From: Candidatus Colwellbacteria bacterium CG10_big_fil_rev_8_21_14_0_10_41_28
GTDB taxonomy: Bacteria; Patescibacteriota; Minisyncoccia; UBA6257; Colwellbacteraceae
DNA length: 64,000 bases
Reading direction: 5' to 3'
NCBI GenBank assembly: GCA_002773755.1
Contig: PFAG01000014.1
Span: forward strand, 6,634 to 70,633
The notes under the pieces: model-generated
The model's database searches: none
Seen by the model: only the letters and a program-made list of their open reading frames with translations
What the model was told of the DNA's origin: nothing
In this document: positions 1 through 7,722 of the stretch, piece by piece
Numbering within the stretch: position 1 is the first letter of the stretch
Layout: each line of letters opens with the position of its first letter
Translations under genes and position numbers: made by a program

Positions 1-1
1 T

Positions 2-448
2 GATGAATTCTTGGGAGAATACCTTTCCCAAAAGGAGGGTCAGATTATAAATATAAGGGGAGAAGTTGTTGGGACTCATAGGGGTGCTCACTTTTATACA
101 ATTGGTCAAAGACATGGTCTCGGAGTCGCACTTAGTGAGCCTTACTACGTTTCAAAAATAGATGTGAATAAGAACACCGTTATTCTCGCTCCAGAAGATG
201 ATCCCTCACTTTTTGAAAGAGAAATAAAGATATCGAAGGTTAACATGGTTCCCAATCAAGAAACTCCTCAGAAAGTTCTTGTCCAGATTAGATATAGGCA
301 AGAACCTGTTTCTGCAATCTTATCCCAGAAGAATGGATCTTTTCATATAGATTTTGATAAGCCAGTTAAGTTTGTTGCTCCTGGTCAATCAGCAGTTTTT
401 TATAATCCAAAGGGTCAGCTAATTGGCGGTGGCATAATCAACAGTTAA
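2..448 (+). CDS. mnmA: tRNA 2-thiouridine(34) synthase MnmA, C-terminal fragment (5' end outside window)
   Basis: Frame is open from window edge; C-terminal MnmA-like sequence (GTHRGAHFYTIGQRHGLG, C-terminal beta-barrel part). Confidence 0.7.
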   Translation, partial: DEFLGEYLSQKEGQIINIRGEVVGTHRGAHFYTIGQRHGLGVALSEPYYVSKIDVNKNTVILAPEDDPSLFEREIKISKVNMVPNQETPQKVLVQIRYRQEPVSAILSQKNGSFHIDFDKPVKFVAPGQSAVFYNPKGQLIGGGIINS

Positions 449-523
449 ATTGACACTCTCCCAATAATGATTAGTATGTAAAGTCCACTGGAAGGTCCAG
501 GGGGAGTACATTGGGAGGAAGCG

Positions 524-694
524 TTGAATGACTTCGAGGAGCAGGAGCTCCGCAAGGACAAAGGCAGAAGGCATCGCCCCGCCTCAAAGGTTCTGAACCC
601 AGATTTCTATCTGGGAGATGACACCCCAGATGATCAGGAGATGGCGCAGTCTCATTCCGAGAGCATCAGTTCTGATCTGGAATCCGCGGAGTAG
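524..694 (+). CDS. candidate small acidic protein (56 aa, TTG start) in GC-rich island
   Basis: GGGAGG 5 nt upstream of TTG; 56 codons, very acidic/hydrophilic product; no homology recognised; alternatively region is ncRNA/leader. Confidence 0.25.
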   Translation: MNDFEEQELRKDKGRRHRPASKVLNPDFYLGDDTPDDQEMAQSHSESISSDLESAE

Positions 695-708
695 TCGCTC
701 ACTTCGAA

Positions 709-751
709 GGGCCTCGTTTTGGAATTTCCAAAGCGAGGCCTTTCTTTTTTT
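709..751 (+). terminator. intrinsic terminator (long GC stem GGGCCTCG..CGAGGCC followed by T-run)
   Basis: Inverted repeat GGCCTCGTTTTGG / CCAAAGCGAGGCC then TTTCTTTTTTT. Confidence 0.55.
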
Positions 752-768
752 GATACTATTTATTTTAA

Positions 769-2043
769 GTGCTTATACACGAAAAAGTTTTTTATGGAGG
801 GGTATTCTTTATATTAGGAGTGTTCGGGGCAGCCTTTGATATAAGCTTTTTGATATCAGTATCCCTTATGACTATTGCAGTCTTCTTACTTAAGGCAGAT
901 TTTAGATTTCGCTTAATATTAATACTTTTGTTTATCTTAGGTTCTTTTTATCTAAACTTTTATGAAAGCCTGAATAAAGTCAGAGTTGATTCTAGAGCAG
1001 AAGAATTAACGGGGACTATAATCTCAAAACCAGAATATAGATTAGAATATTCTCTCATAGAGGTTGAACTGGAAGATCCAAACAGTGGAGTAGTTAGAGT
1101 ATATCTTGAGCCAGGAAAATCTTTCAGATATGGAGATAAAGTTTCTATAGAGGGAGAGCTTACAACAACCAGTAGGGGAAACACTATAATATCTTTTCCT
1201 AAAAACATAATAAAAATCGAACCAGCTCAAAGAACTGTTAGAGGAACCCTCTTTTATATTAGAGATAGTCTTGTTTATAACTTAGAAAAGGTTTTGCCTG
1301 CTTCTAAGTCATCTTTAGCTGCGGGGATTTTGATTGGAGAAAGAACGGGTTTTACAAAAGAGTTTGAGGAATCTATGAGCGGGAGTGGAACTACTCACAT
1401 AGTGGCTCTCTCTGGATATAATGTTGCTGTAATTGTAGTAATACTTTCTTCCATATTCGGATATCTTTTAAATAGAAGGTGGGCTTTCTATGCTAGCCTC
1501 ATGGCTGTTCCACTTTTTGTAATCATGACTGGAGCAGAGCCGTCCGTGGTCAGGGCTGCTATTATGGGTCTCGTGCTTGTGTCAGCAGAGTATCTAGGCA
1601 GACAATATAGCTTTAAGAATATCTTAGTGCTAACTGCCCTAGCTATGCTTATATACAACCCCACCTTAATTATCAGCCTTAGCTTCCAACTGTCCTTCGC
1701 TGCTCTACTGGGGATCGTATACATATATCCTTGGTTGAGCGAAAAGTTTAATATATCTCAAGAAGGCTTTCTCTCTTGGAGAAAGAATGCTCTTCAAACC
1801 TTTTCTGCTCAGCTTGCTGTTACTCCCGTAATTCTTTTAGGAGTCGGCAAGATATCCCTCACTTCTCTTTTCGCAAACACGTTAATTCTTGAATTTATCC
1901 CCCTAACCATGCTCTTGAGTTTCATGGTGGCTACTATCGGATTTATATCTTTTCCAGTTTCTCAAGTAATCGGTTGGGGACTTAATCTATTATTAAGCTA
2001 TGAAGTATTCATTATTAATTTTTTTGGTTCTCTTTGGACTTAA
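769..2043 (+). CDS. comEC: ComEC/Rec2 DNA internalisation channel, N-terminal part (DUF4131-like OB region + competence domain)
   Basis: Polytopic membrane protein with ComEC competence-domain motifs (GERTGF..SGTTHIVALSGYNV..GAEPSVVRAAIMG). Confidence 0.75.
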   Translation: MLIHEKVFYGGVFFILGVFGAAFDISFLISVSLMTIAVFLLKADFRFRLILILLFILGSFYLNFYESLNKVRVDSRAEELTGTIISKPEYRLEYSLIEVELEDPNSGVVRVYLEPGKSFRYGDKVSIEGELTTTSRGNTIISFPKNIIKIEPAQRTVRGTLFYIRDSLVYNLEKVLPASKSSLAAGILIGERTGFTKEFEESMSGSGTTHIVALSGYNVAVIVVILSSIFGYLLNRRWAFYASLMAVPLFVIMTGAEPSVVRAAIMGLVLVSAEYLGRQYSFKNILVLTALAMLIYNPTLIISLSFQLSFAALLGIVYIYPWLSEKFNISQEGFLSWRKNALQTFSAQLAVTPVILLGVGKISLTSLFANTLILEFIPLTMLLSFMVATIGFISFPVSQVIGWGLNLLLSYEVFIINFFGSLWT

Positions 2044-2839
2044 TCTATTTGCTTGGAATCAGATACTCTATCCAGAGAATACAGATAACTTGAGGATTCA
2101 CATACTTGATGTGGGACAAGGGGATAGTCAGCTGATAGAGCTTCCTGGAGGAGTTCAAATATTAAGTGATGCCGGTCCGGGAAAAGAAGTTCTATTTGAG
2201 CTAGATAAAATTATTCCTCCGACAGATAGGTATATTGACCTACTCTTCATTTCACATCCTCAGGTAGACCATTTTGGAGGATTTACAGACGTTATAGATT
2301 CATATGATATCGGTCTAATAGTCTATTCAGGCATTGAGGGGAATAGTGACGCTTGGCAAGAATTTTCAGACAAGGTTGCGCAAAAAGGAATTCCTGTTGC
2401 GCACCTTAGTGCTCGGGATAAGATTCAATACAAAGATTCGCGTATAGACATCCTTTCCCCTGAAGACGAGCCGTATGGTGGGTTGAATGATAACTCGTTA
2501 GTCTTCCTCTTGGATTCAGAAGGCGCTAAAGCACTTTTTACAGGAGACATCGGTTTTGATGTTGAAAATAGACTTATCGAGAATGATCTGGATATAGATA
2601 TCCTTAAAGTCGCTCATCACGGATCAAGATACTCTAGTGGGTTAGAGTTTCTGAGAAAGGTCACCCCAAGGATATCTTTGATTGGAGTTGGGGATAATAA
2701 TTTTGGTCACCCTCACGGGAATACTCTCGGCAGATTAGTCTCAGTCGGCTCAGAGATATATAGAACAGATATAAATGGTCTCATATCCCTAGACATAGAT
2801 GACGGTATGGTTAAGATCGAAACAGAGAAAATTGAGTAA
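2000..2839 (+). CDS. comEC: ComEC C-terminal metallo-beta-lactamase domain encoded as separate overlapping ORF
   Basis: N-terminal TM then MBL motifs (HILDVGQGDS..HPQVDHFGG..AHHGS); overlaps upstream ORF by 44 nt in another frame. Confidence 0.65.
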   Translation: MKYSLLIFLVLFGLNLFAWNQILYPENTDNLRIHILDVGQGDSQLIELPGGVQILSDAGPGKEVLFELDKIIPPTDRYIDLLFISHPQVDHFGGFTDVIDSYDIGLIVYSGIEGNSDAWQEFSDKVAQKGIPVAHLSARDKIQYKDSRIDILSPEDEPYGGLNDNSLVFLLDSEGAKALFTGDIGFDVENRLIENDLDIDILKVAHHGSRYSSGLEFLRKVTPRISLIGVGDNNFGHPHGNTLGRLVSVGSEIYRTDINGLISLDIDDGMVKIETEKIE

Positions 2840-2873
2840 TCCCAATATTTCTCATATACTTCCTATTACATAA

Positions 2874-4268
2874 ATGAGAGTCTTAATTAAAGAGACACCC
2901 GAGCATATCGGAGAGAAAATAGAGCTAAATGGCTGGGTTGATACTAGGAGAGATCATGGCAAGCTCATTTTTATTGACCTTAGAGACAGGAGTGGGTTGG
3001 TCCAGGTTGTCTTCAACGGAAAGAACCAAGAAGCGTATAAAATAGCAGACTCCTTAAGGCCAGAGTGGGTTATTAAATTAGTTGGTGAAGTAAAAGAAAG
3101 ACCGGATGGTATGAAAAACAATGATCTCCCAACAGGTGGAGTGGAGATCTCTGTTGAGAAAATAGAGGTATTAAATGAATCCGAAACCCCTCCTTTCGAC
3201 ATCCATTCAGATGGATTGGATATCAATGAAGCCCAAAGATTAAAGTATCGATACCTAGATCTCAGAAGGCCAAGATTACAAAGAAACATAAAGTTAAGGT
3301 CTGAGCTTATCCAAAAAGCTAGAGAGATTCTTTTTGAAATGGATTTTACTGAGATAGAGACTCCGCTATTGAGTAAGTCTACTCCAGAGGGTTCTCGAGA
3401 TTTTATAGTGCCATCAAGACTATATCCAGGTAAATTCTTTGCTTTACCACAAAGCCCTCAGCAATATAAGCAACTTTTAATGACAGCTGGTTTTGAAAGA
3501 TATTTCCAGATTGCCAGAGCTATCAGAGACGAAGATTTAAGAGCAGATAGGGGGTTTGAGCATACCCAAATAGATATGGAGTTGAGCTTTGTTGACAGGG
3601 ATCAGTTTATGGCTATCGACGAAGAGCTTATGACCAGGGTTTTTGAGGGTCTTGGGTATAAGATCAAAGAAAAGCCATTCCCTGTTGTTACATACGAAGA
3701 GGCTATGGAAAAGCACGGGGCAGATAAATTCGATCTTCGAGGAGATAAGGATAAAGAGGACGGTGTATTGGCCTTTGCATGGGTTGTGGATTTCCCATTC
3801 TTCGAAAAAGATGATGGTGGTGGTTGGACCTTTACACACAACCCTTTCTCAATGCCAAAAGAAGAGTTTTTGGACGATTTCCTTAAAGGAAAGAATATTG
3901 AGAATATATTAACCACCCAATACGATCTTGTCTGCAATGGACTTGAGGTTGGTGGTGGAAGTATTAGGGCTCATAAACCAGAGATCCTTGAGTCAACCTT
4001 CAAGATTATGGGTTATGACAAAGAGACAATAGACGAGCAATTTGGATACATGCTTGAGGCTTTCAAATATGGAGCGCCTCCACATGGAGGAACGGCTCAC
4101 GGAGTTGAGCGTCTTCTAATGGCAGCAACTGGAGAAGAGTACTTGAGAGAAGTGCAGGCTTTTCCACAGTCTGGCACTGGTCAAACATCCGTAATGAATG
4201 CACCATCAGAAATTAGCAAGAAACAGTTGGAAGAATTGGGAATAGAAATTAAAAAGAAAAAGAAATAA
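2874..4268 (+). CDS. aspS: aspartate--tRNA ligase (short form, apparently lacking GAD insertion)
   Basis: N-terminal OB anticodon-binding domain, class II motifs, FALPQSPQQYKQLLM signature; 464 aa. Confidence 0.85.
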   Translation: MRVLIKETPEHIGEKIELNGWVDTRRDHGKLIFIDLRDRSGLVQVVFNGKNQEAYKIADSLRPEWVIKLVGEVKERPDGMKNNDLPTGGVEISVEKIEVLNESETPPFDIHSDGLDINEAQRLKYRYLDLRRPRLQRNIKLRSELIQKAREILFEMDFTEIETPLLSKSTPEGSRDFIVPSRLYPGKFFALPQSPQQYKQLLMTAGFERYFQIARAIRDEDLRADRGFEHTQIDMELSFVDRDQFMAIDEELMTRVFEGLGYKIKEKPFPVVTYEEAMEKHGADKFDLRGDKDKEDGVLAFAWVVDFPFFEKDDGGGWTFTHNPFSMPKEEFLDDFLKGKNIENILTTQYDLVCNGLEVGGGSIRAHKPEILESTFKIMGYDKETIDEQFGYMLEAFKYGAPPHGGTAHGVERLLMAATGEEYLREVQAFPQSGTGQTSVMNAPSEISKKQLEELGIEIKKKKK

Positions 4269-4270
4269 AC

Positions 4271-4873
4271 ATGGCAGATAAAAAAGAAAGAACACTGGTT
4301 GTTATAAAACCAGACGGAGTACAGAGAAGCTTAATAGGGGAGATTGTAAAGCGTTTTGAAAGAACCGGTCTTAAATTAGTTGGAGTTAAGATGTTTGTTC
4401 CAAAGGAAGATTTTGTTGAGGCTCATTATACCCTAGACCCAAACTGGAAAATGAATAATGGCACCAAGGTTATCCAAGCCGCTAAAGATAAGGGAATTAA
4501 ACCAAGAACAGAAGATCCAATTGAACAGGCTGATTTTGTATTGGGAACACTCAAGAAGTATTTAACTTCCGGTCCAGTCATAGCAATGGTCTGGGAAGGA
4601 CTTCACGCAGTCAAGATTGTCAGGAAGATTGTTGGCGGCACAGAACCACTAACATCTGATGTCGGAACAATCAGAGGAGACTTTGTTCTTGATTCATACC
4701 AGAAAGGAGATGAAGACAATAGGTCTGTTAGAAATTTGATCCACGCCTCTGGCTCAACTGAAGAAGCAGATATGGAAATAAAACACTGGTTTGAAGATTT
4801 TGAGCTCGTGAACTACAGATTAGTCCAAGAGGCAATCCTCTACGATGTAAATCTAGATGGAATTTTGGAGTAG
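4271..4873 (+). CDS. ndk: nucleoside diphosphate kinase (with internal insertion)
   Basis: N-terminus ERTLVVIKPDGVQRSLIGEIV..; NLIHASGS active-site region; 200 aa is longer than typical. Confidence 0.8.
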   Translation: MADKKERTLVVIKPDGVQRSLIGEIVKRFERTGLKLVGVKMFVPKEDFVEAHYTLDPNWKMNNGTKVIQAAKDKGIKPRTEDPIEQADFVLGTLKKYLTSGPVIAMVWEGLHAVKIVRKIVGGTEPLTSDVGTIRGDFVLDSYQKGDEDNRSVRNLIHASGSTEEADMEIKHWFEDFELVNYRLVQEAILYDVNLDGILE

Positions 4874-5124
4874 TTTCCACAATCTATTGATAGAATAAAT
4901 AAACTACTATAGATATAAAAATATGGATTTAAGAATAAATGGTCTGTTTAATTTTGTGCTCTTTACCCATCTCTTTACTAGGAGGTTAGTTTTTATCAAT
5001 AGGCAAATCTAAGAAGATAAATCCAAACTAAAGCCGACCTCCGTTCAAAGAAGAGGCCAGTTTTAGTTTGGGGAAATGTCTTCCTCAAGGCAGTACATAT
5101 ACAACCGATAGGGAGGTGAATAAC

Positions 5125-5373
5125 TTGGCGGTCAGAGTCAAAATTAAAAAAGATGGTGTAATGGTTCCCTGTCCAGTAAACGGACAGAAGATGATTCCCT
5201 TCGATAAGAGATGGTCTTCTGGACCAGTCACCATGATCATTATTCAGGGGAAGAAGGGCCGTCTTACGCTCCGAGTGGAACACACCAACACAGGCACCCT
5301 TATGTGTTCTGAAAAAGTACAGATCAACGAAACATACATAATCGGTCTCTGGGCCATCAATAAGAGCAGTTAG
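5125..5373 (+). CDS. hypothetical small protein (GC-rich island, start uncertain TTG/ATG)
   Basis: GGGAGGTG 6 nt before TTG at 5125; stop TAG overlaps SD of next ORF (coupling); no homology recognised. Confidence 0.35.
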   Translation: MAVRVKIKKDGVMVPCPVNGQKMIPFDKRWSSGPVTMIIIQGKKGRLTLRVEHTNTGTLMCSEKVQINETYIIGLWAINKSS

Positions 5374-5383
5374 GAGGGGCAAC

Positions 5384-5653
5384 ATGAGTATCGATGAAAG
5401 GAGTAGTCGAGAGCAGCAACGGTTGTTTCTGCTCGCAACCCACTACCAAAATAGGTATGGATCAGCAGAAATCGCAAAGGCAATCAGAGCCGAACCGGGT
5501 AGCGAAGAATTCACCCATTTCATGCAGCAAGAATTGGGAGTTATCGCCCCAAGAGTGACGAAGGCGGATACTCTCGAGGTTCAGAGACAACTTCGCGAGT
5601 GGAATAATTTTGGTCAGAGATCATTTGAGAAAAAAGAAAAAGAAAGGGAGTGA
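5384..5653 (+). CDS. hypothetical protein, 89 aa
   Basis: Strong SD GGAGGGG 6 nt upstream of ATG; helical hydrophilic product; followed by terminator. Confidence 0.5.
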   Translation: MSIDERSSREQQRLFLLATHYQNRYGSAEIAKAIRAEPGSEEFTHFMQQELGVIAPRVTKADTLEVQRQLREWNNFGQRSFEKKEKERE

Positions 5654-5664
5654 TATCGCTCAAC

Positions 5665-5694
5665 AAGGGGCATCAAGATCTGGTGCCCCTTTTA
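5665..5694 (+). terminator. intrinsic terminator GGGGCA..TGCCCC + TTTT
   Basis: Hairpin AAGGGGCA-TCAAGATCTGG-TGCCCCTT followed by TTTT. Confidence 0.5.
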
Positions 5695-5821
5695 CATTTT
5701 CTGGTATAATAAAAATGTTCCGCTCTTGGTACCGGATCAAATACTTTTTACGGGGATTTCTATATCATTTGGTCCCTTGGGATTAAATTGCGATCTCCCA
5801 CCTGGTTATCGCCGGGTTGCT

Positions 5822-5875
5822 AATGCGCGGAACATAAGAGAACCGCCCTTCGGGGCGGTTTTCTTATGTTTCTAA
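5822..5875. terminator. long near-perfect hairpin (18-bp stem, TTCG loop) downstream of rpmB; likely bidirectional terminator
   Basis: AACATAAGAGAACCGCCC TTCG GGGCGGTTTTCTTATGTT; U-tracts on both sides. Confidence 0.55.
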
Positions 5876-5890
5876 TCCTACTTAACCTAT

Positions 5891-6082
5891 CTAATTAACA
5901 GCCTTTTTGGCTAAAGTCTTAATACACTGTGTGCAGGCAACAATCTTCTTGCCCTCTAGGTCAGTGGTCTTTTGTAGGTTTGGATATTTTCTTACTTGTG
6001 GGGTTGGGTTGTAGTTGCCTCTCAACTTATGCCTCTTTCCAGCCATCTTTGATCCCTTGCCACAAATTGAACATTGCTTCAT
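5891..6082 (-). CDS. rpmB: 50S ribosomal protein L28
   Basis: MKQCSICGKG..RGNYNPT..PNLQK..CTQC (L28 C4 zinc-ribbon pattern); start chosen at second Met (track ORF extends to 6115). Confidence 0.7.
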   Translation of the reverse strand: MKQCSICGKGSKMAGKRHKLRGNYNPTPQVRKYPNLQKTTDLEGKKIVACTQCIKTLAKKAVN

Positions 6083-6093
6083 AGTATCCACAT

Positions 6094-6744
6094 ATGGATA
6101 GCATAGTGATTGCAATATTTCAACTAGTGGTTTTGTTATTTTCGGTGATAGTTCACGAAGTTTCTCATGGGTTAGCCGCTCTAAAGTTGGGAGATGATAC
6201 GGCCAAGAGATTAGGGAGATTAACCCTTAATCCAATTCCTCATTTAGATCCATTCGGCTCTTTGATACTTCCAGCTCTACTCTTCTTAACCAGTTCTCCG
6301 TTTATGATCGGTTGGGCAAAACCAGTTCCATACAATCCGGGTAGGCTATATAAAGATTTTAAATATGGTCCGCTTAAGGTTGCCCTAGCTGGACCTGCTT
6401 CGAATCTTATCCTGGCTATCATCTTTGCTATCCCAGCGAGATTACTGGTTGGGGTTTTGGATCCAGTCCTAATTGGATTTATGGGAATAGTTGTATTTAT
6501 CAACGTTCTACTGGCTCTATTTAACCTAGTCCCAATCCCACCTCTAGACGGGTCAAATATATTGACCATTCTTTTACCAGAGAAATACTCGAATATGATT
6601 CAAAGTGTTGGTATCTGGGGAATATTTATAGTTATATTCCTCCTATCTATGTTCTCACGCGTGCTTTTCTCAGGAGTTCTTAACCTTTCGGCCATAATGG
6701 CGGGGGAGGATGTCATCATTCAAGCATTTAGAATCCTCAGTTAG
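6094..6744 (+). CDS. site-2 protease family (peptidase M50) membrane metalloprotease
   Basis: HEVSHG (HExxH) within first TM, multiple TM helices, LDG motif (PIPPLDGS). Confidence 0.6.
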   Translation: MDSIVIAIFQLVVLLFSVIVHEVSHGLAALKLGDDTAKRLGRLTLNPIPHLDPFGSLILPALLFLTSSPFMIGWAKPVPYNPGRLYKDFKYGPLKVALAGPASNLILAIIFAIPARLLVGVLDPVLIGFMGIVVFINVLLALFNLVPIPPLDGSNILTILLPEKYSNMIQSVGIWGIFIVIFLLSMFSRVLFSGVLNLSAIMAGEDVIIQAFRILS

Positions 6745-6745
6745 A

Positions 6746-6775
6746 TTGACACAAATAAAGCTTGTTTGTTATATT
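6746..6775 (+). promoter_or_regulatory. candidate promoter of rpsL operon (TTGACA-18-TATATT) followed by leader hairpin
   Basis: TTGACA at 6746, TATATT at 6770; leader contains CCCGCC..GCGGGGG stem. Confidence 0.4.
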
Positions 6776-6830
6776 TAGCCTCGCTAACGTTAAGTCCCGC
6801 CTATAAAAAGCGGGGGTTAGCTATGTTTAT

Positions 6831-7250
6831 ATGCCAACAATTAATCAACTAATTAAAAAGGGTAGAGATAAGGCTACTAAGAAGAATAAAACTCCTGGCC
6901 TTTCTTTGGGTTTCAATACAAATAAGAATAGACCCATGACATACAACTCTCCATTTAAGAGAGGAGTTTGTCTTAAGGTTTTTACAACCACACCTAAGAA
7001 ACCTAACTCAGCCCTTCGAAAGGTAGCCAGAGTTAGGCTAACAAACGGACAGGAGGTAACTGCATATATCCCAGGAGAGGGGCACAACCTACAGGAGCAC
7101 TCTGTAATTATGCTAAGGGGAGGAAGGGTAAAAGACCTTCCGGGTGTTAGATACACCATTGTAAGAGGTGTTCTTGACTCGTCGGGTGTTGAGGGCAGGA
7201 AACAGAAGAGATCGAGATATGGTGTTAAGAAGCCTAAAGGAGATAAATAA
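6831..7250 (+). CDS. rpsL: 30S ribosomal protein S12
   Basis: [12 protein letters not shown].., [11 protein letters not shown], conserved C-terminus; operon context. Confidence 0.9.
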   Translation: MPTINQLIKKGRDKATKKNKTPGLSLGFNTNKNRPMTYNSPFKRGVCLKVFTTTPKKPNSALRKVARVRLTNGQEVTAYIPGEGHNLQEHSVIMLRGGRVKDLPGVRYTIVRGVLDSSGVEGRKQKRSRYGVKKPKGDK

Positions 7251-7717
7251 TGAGAAAGAATAGAAATTATAAAAGAGATCATAAACCTGATGCTAAGTAT
7301 GGAAGTGTAACCGCTGCCAGATTTATCAACTACATCATGAAAGATGGGAAGAAAACTATAGCCGAAAAAGTCTTCTATGATGCCCTTGATGAGATAACCA
7401 AGAGAACCAAGCAAGATGGAATGGAAGTCTTTGAAAAGGCTTTAGAAAACGTAACTCCAAAACAGGAAGTTTTCTCAAAGAGAGTTGGTGGTGCAAACTA
7501 CCAAATTCCAAGAGATGTTCGCCCTGAGCGTCAATTCATATTGGCTAGTCGGTGGATATTAACAGCCGCTAGAAGCAAGAAGGGCAAAGCTCTTGCACAA
7601 ATCTTGGCTGACGAACTTCTTGCCGCATACAACAATGAGGGAGATGCAATCAAGAAGAAACAGGATGTTCATAGAATGGCCGAAGCCAACAGAGCTTTCG
7701 CTCACTTTGCAAGATAG
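7250..7717 (+). CDS. rpsG: 30S ribosomal protein S7
   Basis: S7 family sequence; follows rpsL. Confidence 0.9.
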   Translation: MRKNRNYKRDHKPDAKYGSVTAARFINYIMKDGKKTIAEKVFYDALDEITKRTKQDGMEVFEKALENVTPKQEVFSKRVGGANYQIPRDVRPERQFILASRWILTAARSKKGKALAQILADELLAAYNNEGDAIKKKQDVHRMAEANRAFAHFAR

Positions 7718-7722
7718 AACAC

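Noticed and set aside
449-768. tmRNA, SRP RNA or 6S RNA in the GC-rich region after mnmA
   Set aside because: No tRNA-like T-arm/acceptor for tmRNA. The SRP domain IV consensus (GGUCCGGAAGGAAGCAGC) is only loosely matched. There is no 6S-like central bubble. Left as an unknown transcript.
618-839. 73-aa plus-strand ORF from the track upstream of comEC
   Set aside because: Arg/Ser-rich nonsense-like composition with no RBS. It runs through the terminator hairpin and T-tract. The GGAGG-led 56-aa ORF in another frame, or a non-coding role, is more plausible.
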